32,839 nucleotides of DNA, from the NCBI GenBank assembly GCA_032718475.1, contig JAUCBJ010008801.1:1-32839 (forward strand), read 5' to 3'. The notes beneath the pieces are model-generated. The model did not search any database. It saw only the letters and a list, made by a program, of their open reading frames with translations, and was not told the origin of the DNA. The stretch is from Nemertoderma westbladi (Eukaryota; Animalia; Xenacoelomorpha). Both the position numbers and the translations under genes were made by a program. Within the stretch, counting starts at the first letter, position 1; each line of letters opens with the position of its first letter. Positions 25,040-32,839 of the stretch are shown here, one piece after another.

Positions 25040-26717
25040 ATGTCTAAACTAGCAGTGTTCCTAGTTCTGTTTGCGTTGGTGGTGTTTATGGACCAGCCAT
25101 CCTTGGTCACATCGGCGCCAGTAAGTTATTTCAGCACGTAATAGAGAATGCAAGTCATTTTATAATATTGCGATTATTTTAACTTTTAACAAGGATTGTA
25201 GTAGAAGCGATTAATATAATATAAACTCTCCAAGGTTCCGTTACCAGTTGTACATCGGTAGAACGGTGTAGAGGGTAGTCGACATGGTTTCTCCATCTAC
25301 ACAAAGCTCTCTTGGGATTATCCACATATCTCCGAAGGTTGTGCGGGTTCGACCCTCTCTGGCCTACCTGACTTCTGACTACCCTGGCACCTATGCCAGG
25401 GTAGCTTTAGCTTCGGCACTAATGATTTTAAGGGACTTGCCAGAACTTATCTGTGCCTTGCATCTTTAAATGTAGCTAAATGAGTACTGGAGATTCCTCT
25501 GGGGAGTATAAGTTCTGGGGGGACCGCACTTGAAATAAGTCGACAGACTTTGTGCGTAATCCCTGGCCTAACGGTTTAAGTTAAATTTCCTTTTTACTTT
25601 AACCCCACATAGTAAAATAATGTAGCACATAATATTACTGTTACTATACGCAAATGCATTCTTTGATAACTGTAGACCATTTCACCGATATGACCATGTT
25701 CTGTTATGGTAGAGAATAAACTTCTCAAGGTTGAATCAATTTCCTACACCAACACAACAGTGCTGCTAATGAAACTGTTGATGTACAGTATAATAAGTAT
25801 AGTACAATAATCTTCAAAGGGCTGCTTATGGGATAGAACAACAGGATTTTCTTCCATTATTCCTAGAGCGTTAAATGCATGTTTCCCTTTCAGATCAAGC
25901 ATGCCTTGTGAGAAATTCTCAGTCCAGCGAGAAATTCGGGAAATTTTCAGGAATTCACCCCTTTTGCTAAGGGTCAAGGCTGAATCATCGTCGTTGAAGC
26001 ACTCGAACACGCAGTCAGAGTTGGCCCACTCACTTCACACAATGAGAGTTAGGCATTCACACCCCCATAGTTAGGCATTCACACAGTCAGAGTTGGGGAC
26101 TCACTTCACACAATGAGAGTTAGGCATTCACACCCCCATGGTTATTAGGCATTTACACAGTCAGGTTTACACATTCACACAGTCAGAGTTAGTTAGGTAT
26201 TGAGTAAATTGAAATCTGCTGCGACTTGGTAAGCTATTATTCTTCTCGCTTAGTGTAAGAAAGAGCCAACCAAATGTTATATCAGAAACTAACAGCAGAA
26301 TCTCCAGGTGTAACGGGTGCGGTGGCAGTATATAAAGTTCGAGAAGACCACCAATAATAGTCCTATTCTACATATATTCCATTCATCTTGATTAATAAAA
26401 ATGTATGCCCATGTGAAGAATACCAGGATTTCACTTTTCGGTCGACTTTTTATTGGAATTTTATATATGAAGATTATTTATTCTTGTAAATTTATCTTTA
26501 TTAAGTGTTTTATAGCGCTTATTTCTGTTTATATTATTATTTTTCACTTATTCAGAATACTAATTCGTTTATTGTTTTATTTTCAACCCTCATTATTATT
26601 TTGCAGGCGCGGTTGCATCAAACATTCATGATCTGTCTCACGGTTGGCAGCGATTGCACTCAGAACGCAGACCAGTGTTGTGGTACATGTGGGAGTAATT
26701 CCAAGTGCGGCAATTAA
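25040..26717 (+). CDS. Secreted knottin (ICK) toxin-like peptide precursor 2; exons 25040-25120 and 26607-26717, 63 aa
   Basis: MSKLAVFLVLFALVVFMDQPSLVTSAP|ARLHQTFMICLTVGSDCTQNADQCCGTCGSNSKCGN*. Same exon structure and Cys spacing as copy 1. Confidence 0.88.
25255..25600 (+). mobile_element. tRNA-derived SINE-like element in the knottin 2 intron
   Basis: B-box-like GGGTTCGACCC, CCTACCTGACTTCTG, central CTAAATGAGTAC and a ttttacttta tail; boundaries approximate. Confidence 0.5.
26008..26195. repeat. Short imperfect tandem repeat (about 69-bp period)
   Basis: cagtcagagttgg...actcacttcacacaatgagagttaggcattcacacccccat occurs twice, plus fragments. Confidence 0.8.
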
Positions 26718-27111
26718 TAATGTCGAAGTTTAAGTGGCCATGGTTAATATGATTATAAAACTGAATACCATTTACTTACAATATGTATAACATTATATCA
26801 CATGTAAAACCTAGTCTCCAGTTGTAAATCTGACAAGGGGCCATGGTAAACTCTAACTGAATACCATTTACTTAGGTCTAATATATTTCTATTAAATAAA
26901 GGTGACGGTGTAAATATCTTAAGAACAAACAATAATTATTTTTAACGCAGAAGTAAAACGTGTATGCGTATGTGAGGACAGAAGTGATTCTAGTTTTATT
27001 CGAGTTATGAGTTATAGAATAACAGATAATATATATTAATCAATGTCATTAAATATAGGGCCTAGTGTCGTTATTAACTTTTACCCATCTTAATTAGTTT
27101 TAATTAAGCTT

Positions 27112-27987
27112 AATTTTTCTACAAATCTTAATTATTAGACCGCATGAAATTTGAAACACAGATTGTTGGATGTGTGCTACCTCCTTGGGGGTGAGCCACA
27201 ATTATTATTTCCGCTTTCAATCTTTAGCTACAAGCGTTTGAAAAAAGTGTCTCCCGCGATATTTCTTAACCAGTTAGACCGCAGTTATTCTTCTACCATA
27301 CAGTGATTTGTTGGTACTGTTAGATAGCTGGCCGTGTAAGAATTCCAAATATGTAACACAATCTGAGCTTCGTCGTAAATTTAATGAGGAAGTTGCATGG
27401 TTTTGCACCTGCGCGAGGCTATTTTATTCTATTTAATAAATACACCAAATTCTGGAACCTTATTCTATTTATCTCATAAGTATACAAAGGGTAAAGCTGA
27501 CAGTGCAATAAATTATTGGGGTATAAGGTTATATTTCGGCTACAATGCACTTACACTACCTACATATAATATCAGTACATAGCCATTCCATGCATAAACA
27601 ACATATTCCAGATAAAGTATTAATTAAATGGAATAATTTTATAGCTAGCGCCGGCCTCATACAGATGAAAAGCCATGCAACTTTTGAACGCCCATATTCT
27701 CAGCTACTTTACAACAAAATTTAAATAAATTATGTTACATGTTTGGAATCCTCCCATAATATGGCCAGTTTTCCATCAGTACCAACAAATCACAATAAGA
27801 ACAAAGAATAACTGCGGTGGAACTGGTGCAATATCGCCGGAGGCAGGAGGCACCTAAACGCTTGTAGCTGAAGATTGAAAGGAAAAATACAAATTTACCT
27901 AGTGAGGTCACCCAGCAAGGAGGAGGGAGGTGAAACTATATATGTTTCAAAATCTATGCAATCTCATTTAGATTTGTAGAAAAATTT
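27112..27987. mobile_element. Foldback-like element with about 300-bp imperfect inverted arms (family B)
   Basis: The left arm starts AATTTTTCTACAAATCT and the right arm ends AGATTTGTAGAAAAATT. Mirrored blocks: agctacaagcgttt/aaacgcttgtagct, gtgatttgttggtactg/cagtaccaacaaatcac, gttgcatgg/ccatgcaac. Confidence 0.7.
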
Positions 27988-30948
27988 GGGGGTGTGATTG
28001 GTAAAGGGGTGGGGGTGGGGGTGGTAAAGGGGCGGGGGTGGTAAAGGGGTGGGGGTGGTAAAGGGGTGGGGTGGTAAAGGGGTGGAAGGTGGTAAAGGGT
28101 GGGAGTGGTAAAAGGGTGGGGGCCGTAAAGGGGTTAGGGGTGTTGAGTGGAAATGGGGTGTGCGTGCGTGGTAAAGGGGTGGGGTGGTAAAGGGGTGGGG
28201 TGGTAAATGGGTGGGGTGGTAAAGGGGTGTGGATATTAAAGGGGCTGGGGTGGTAAATGGGTTCGGGAGCTAAAGGAGTGGAGGTGGTAAATATGGTGGT
28301 GGGTGGTAAAGGGGTGGGGGGGGGTGGAAAAGGGGTGGGGGGGGGGGGTGGAAAAGGGGTGGGTGGTAAAGAAGTGGGAGGTGGTAAAGTGGTGGGAGGT
28401 CGTAAAGGGGTTAGGGGTGTGGAGTGGAAAAGAGGTGTGGGTGGTAAATGGGTGGGGTGGTAAAGGGGTGGGGGTGGTAAAGGGGTGTGGATGTTAAAGG
28501 TGGAAAAGGAAAAGGAAAAAGGGTGGAAAAGGGGTGGGAGGTGGTAAAGTGGTGGGGGTAGTAAAGGGGTAGGGTGGTAAAGGGGTGGGGCTGGTAAAGG
28601 GGTGGGTGTGGTAAAGGGGTGGGGTTATGTAAATTGATAGGGATTGGCAAAGGGGTGTGAGGAGGTAAAGGGGTGTGGGTGGTAAAGGGGTGGTGGGCGG
28701 TAAAGGGGTGGGGGTGGTAAAGAGGTGGGATGGTAAAGGGGTGGGAGGTGGTAAAGGGATGGGGTGGTAAAGGGGTTCGGGTGGTAAATGAGTGGAGGTG
28801 ATAAATTGGTGGTGGGTGGTAAATGGGTGGGGTGGTAAAGGAGTGGGAGGTGGTAAAGGGGTGGGTGTGGTAAAGGGGTGGGGTAGTAAATGGGTGGGAG
28901 GTGGTAAATGGGTGTGGTTGGTAGGGAGGTGGGGTGGAAAAGGGGTGGGAGGTGGTAAAGTGGTGGGGGTAGTAAATGGGTAGGGTGGTAAAGGGGTGGG
29001 GCTGGTAAAGGGGTGGGTGTGGTAAAGGGGTGGGGTTGGTAAATGGATAGGGATTGGAAAAGGGGTAAAGGGGTGGGGTGGTAAAGGTGTGGGAGGTGGT
29101 AAAGTGGTGGGAGGTCGTAAAGGGGTTAGGGGTGTGGAGTGGAAAAGAGGTGTGGGTGGTAAATGGGTGGGTTGGTAAAGGGGTGGGGGTGGTAAAGGGG
29201 TGTGGATGTTAAAGGGGTGGGGGTGGTAAAGGGGTTCGGGTGGTAAAGGAGTGGAGGTGATAAATTGGTGGTGGGTGGTAAAGGGGTGGGGTGGTAAAGG
29301 GGTGGGAGGTGGTAAAGGGGTGGGTGTGGTAAAGGGGTGGGGTGGTAAAGGGGTGGGAGGTGGTAAATGTGTGTGGTTGGTAGGGAGGTCGGTGGAAAAG
29401 GGGTGGGAGGTGGTAAAGTGGTGGGGGTGGTAAAGGGGTAGGGTGGTAAAGGGGTGGGGCTGGTAAGGGGGTGGGTGTGGTAAAGGGGTGGGGTTGGTAA
29501 ATGGATAGGGATTGGCAAAGGGGTGTGAGGAGGTAAAGGGGTGTGGGTGGTAAAGGGGTGGTGGGCGGTAAAGGGGTGGGGGTGGTAAAGGGGTGGGATG
29601 GTAAAGGGGTGGGAGGTGGTAAAGGGGTGGGAGGTGGTAAAGGGGTGTGGGTGGTAAAGAAGTGGGGTGGTAAAGGGGTGGGAGGTGGTAAAGTGGTGGG
29701 GGTGGTAAAGGGGTGGGTGTGGTAAAGGGGTGGGGGTGGTAACGGGGTGGGGTGGTAAAGGGGTGGGGGTGGTAAATGGATAGGGATTGGCAAAGGGGTG
29801 TAAGGTTGTAAAGGGTTATGGGTGGTAAAGGGGTGGTGGGTGGTAAAGGGGTGGGCGTGGTAAAGGGGTGGGCATGGTAAAGGGGTGGGGTGGAAAAGGG
29901 GTTGGAGGTGGTAAAGGGGTGTGGGTGGTAAATAAGTGGGGTGGTAAAGGGGTGGGAGGTGGTAAAGTGGTGGGGGTGGTAAAGGGGTTGTGGTGGTAAA
30001 TGGGTAGGGTGGCAAAGGGGTGGTGGTGGTAAAGGGGTGGGTGTAAAGGGGTGGGGTGGTAAATGGGTGGGGGTGGTAAAGGGGTGGGGTAGTATAGGGG
30101 TGGTAGGTGGTAAAGGGGTGTGTGTTGTGAATAGGTGGGGTTGTAAAGGGGTGGGAGGTGGTAAAGGGGTAGCGTGGTAAAGGGGTGGCGGTGGTAAAGG
30201 GGTAGGGTGGTAAAGGGGTGGGGGTGGTAAGAGGGTGGGGGTGTTAAAGGGGTGGGGGTGGTAAATGGATAGGGTTTGGCAAGGGGGTGTGAGGTGGTAA
30301 AGGTGTGTGGGTGATAAAGGGGTGGGGGTGGTAAAGGGTTGGGGGTGATAAAGGGGTGGGGGTGGTAAAGGGGTGGGGGTGGTAAATGGATAGGGGTTGG
30401 CAAAGGGGTGTGCGGTGGTAATGGGGTGTGGGTGGTAAAGGGGTGGTGGGTGGTAAAGGGGTAGGGTGGTAAAGGGGTGGGGGTGGTAAATGGATAGGGA
30501 TTGGCAAAGGGGTGTGGGGTGATAAAGGGGTGTGGGTGGTAAAGGGGTGGTGGGTGGCAAATGGATAGGGTGATAAAGGGGTGGGGGTGGTAAATGGGTG
30601 GGGGTGGTAAATGGATAGGGATTGGCAAAGGGGTGTGAGGTGGTGAAGGGGTGTGGGTGGTAAAGGGGTGGTGGGTGGTAAAGGGGTAGGGTGGTAAAGG
30701 GGTGGGGGTGGTAAATGGGTGGGGGTGGTAAATGGATAGGGGTTGGCAAAGGGGTGTGGGGTGGTAAAGGGGTGTGGGTGGTAAAGGGGTTGTGGGTGGT
30801 AAAGGGGTAGGGTGGTAAAGGGGTGGGCGTGGTAAATGGATAGGGATTGGCAAAGGGGTGTGAGGTGGTAAAGGGGTGTGGGTGGTAAAGGGGTGATGGG
30901 TGGTAAAGGGGTGGGGTGGTAAATGGGTGGGGGTATCAATGGGTGGGG
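27988..30948 (+). repeat. G-rich minisatellite of about 3 kb with 16-18-nt units
   Basis: (GGTGGTAAAGGGGTGGG)n variants; extreme G skew. Confidence 0.95.
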
Positions 30949-31547
30949 ACAGAAGTAAAGGGGAGTGGAATTTCGAAAATTACCAACAGCCGTCCCAATG
31001 TCTGTGTCTGAAATAATAGACATTTAGAAATTGATAGAAATGGTAAATAAGAAGTGGATACCTGGGAGCACGGACATTGGGTTGGGAGGTTTATCAAGGT
31101 TGTATGTGTCTACACAACAACTACCCACAGTGCCACAAATAATTTTGTGAACCTACTAAGAAAATTGGACGGACAAGTTATGAAACCTCCATGGAGAGAT
31201 GAGGTTGACTAGAGGAGGTGTGAATTAGTACAGCTGTTGTAACGAGTATAATGCTAACTTGGCGACGTTCTGTTCGAAGACCACACAACACCACAGCTCG
31301 GTGCCTGTCAGCCCCAACGGGTGGCTTTACACTTTAATGTGTAATGAACGTTGTGACGGAAGTTGTTTGTGATCATAAATTGGCACATTAATTAATGATT
31401 GTAGTCTAGAATCAAACCACATGTTTCATAACGAAAGACAATGTTGAAATAACCCCATAATAATTCGAGCCATTAAACTACCATACTCTACAGCAGTAGT
31501 GGCAGTAGGCTGCTAACTTGTTTGACATGAAAAAAATTATAAATTTT

Positions 31548-32839
31548 ATGTCGACACTGAAAGTTTTTGTAATTATGTTTTCGTTGTTGATTCTTATCGA
31601 ACAAGTCTCAGTGGCCACAGCAGGCATAGTAAGTAACATATTATTGTATCAAATTTAATAGTTTAGTATAATTTATTATAAAAAAGACACATATTTTTCG
31701 TAAAATTTTTTTACCCGATATTGTTCTAAATATGTAGGCTACTCTGGTACTTTCCACATAATACAATTTTTTAACAGTTGAATAGTTTGTTTGGAAAAAA
31801 AAAAATCAAGTAATGTATTTTAGTTGTTTTTTGACTATTGTTTTTTGATTTAATGAATTTTATGACGTGATTATTTTGTAAACAGTTTTCTTATTCGGTG
31901 CTGATAACCAAAGAATACCATAAATAGCCCCCCCCCCCCCCCCCCCCCCGTTGCAGGCACGAATGCATCCACCAAGAGAAGCACAGCCAACGCAACCTGG
32001 CAAATCTGTGTCGACGACGGTCCCTGCCAATGCGACGATGACAGCTACTACTCGTGGAACGACGACGGTCCCTGCCAATGCGACGATGACAGCTACTACT
32101 CGTGGAAAGACAACGGTCCCTGCCAATGCGACGATGACAGCTACTACTCGTGGAACGACGACGGTCCCTGCCACAGCGACGATGATGACAACTACTACTC
32201 GTGGAACGACAACGGTCCCTGCCAATGCGACGATGACAACTACTACTCGTGGAACGACAACGGTCCCTGCCAATGCGACGATGACAACTACTACTCGTGG
32301 AACGACGACTATCCCTGCCAATGCGACGATGACAACTACTACTCGTGGAACGACGACGGTCCCTGCCAATGCGAATGCGACGATGACAGCTACTACTCGT
32401 GGAACGACGACGGTCCCTGCCACAGCGACGATGATGACAACTACTACTCGTGGAACGACAACGGTCCCTGCCAATGCGACGATGACAACTACTACTCGTG
32501 GAACGACGACGGTCCCTGCCACAGCGACGATGATGACAACTACTACTCGTGGAACGACAACGGTCCCTGCCAATGCGACGATGACAACTACTACTCGTGG
32601 AACGACAACGGTCCCTGCCAATGCGACGATGACAACTACTACTCGTGGAACGACAACGGTCCCTGCCACAGCGACGATGATGACAACTACTACTCGTGGA
32701 ACGACAACGGTCCCTGCCAATGCGACGATGACAACTACTACTCGTGGAACGACAACGGTCCCTGCCAATGCGACGATGACAACTACTACTCGTGGAACGA
32801 CAACGGTCCCTGCCAATGCGACGATGACAACTACTACTC
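31548..32839 (+). CDS. Secreted mucin-like Thr-rich repeat protein, paralog of the knottin precursors; exons 31548-31628 and 31957->32839 (truncated by the window)
   Basis: MSTLKVFVIMFSLLILIEQVSVATAGI|ARMHPPREAQPTQPGKSVS(TTVPANATMTTTTRGT)n. The signal exon is 81 nt with a GTAAGT donor and a ttgcag acceptor, and the frame is open to the window end. Confidence 0.75.
32014..32839 (+). repeat. 48-nt coding tandem repeat, about 17 units
   Basis: Unit ACGACAACGGTCCCTGCCAATGCGACGATGACAACTACTACTCGTGGA; length variants of 51 and 54 nt keep the frame. Confidence 0.95.

Noticed and set aside
25744-26010. 88-aa minus-strand ORF in the knottin 2 intron
   Set aside because: Non-ATG start, no recognisable domain, and no resemblance to spectrin-repeat exons
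28257-31023. Extensin-like Pro/His/Thr-rich ORFs up to 751 aa and Gly/Val/Lys-rich ORFs
   Set aside because: They arise from the G-rich array. Units of 16-18 nt shift frames and the same peptides appear in all frames.
31860-32816. 318-aa Val-rich minus-strand ORF
   Set aside because: Antisense shadow of the 48-nt repeat; the plus strand has the signal exon and splice sites

Overview
Eukaryotic, invertebrate-type animal genomic DNA with AT-rich GT-AG introns. The left half holds 21 minus-strand exons (about 1388 codons, incomplete at the 5' end and probably the 3' end) of a titin-family protein: spectrin-like repeats followed by 7 I-set Ig domains, a sallimus/zormin/CCDC141-like layout. An intronless FANCB gene sits on the same strand inside an intron that splits one Ig domain. 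The right half holds an intronless GLRX5 and a plus-strand cluster of three paralogous two-exon secreted-protein genes, each with an 81-nt signal-peptide exon. Two encode C-C-CC-C-C knottin (toxin-like) peptides. The third carries a Thr-rich mucin-like 16-aa repeat where the others have the knottin. Satellites (61, 20 and 30 bp, and a 3-kb G-rich array), MITE-like elements, a foldback-like element and tRNA-derived SINE-like remnants fill the spaces. All gene models were spliced by hand, and homology calls come from recalled motifs, not database searches.
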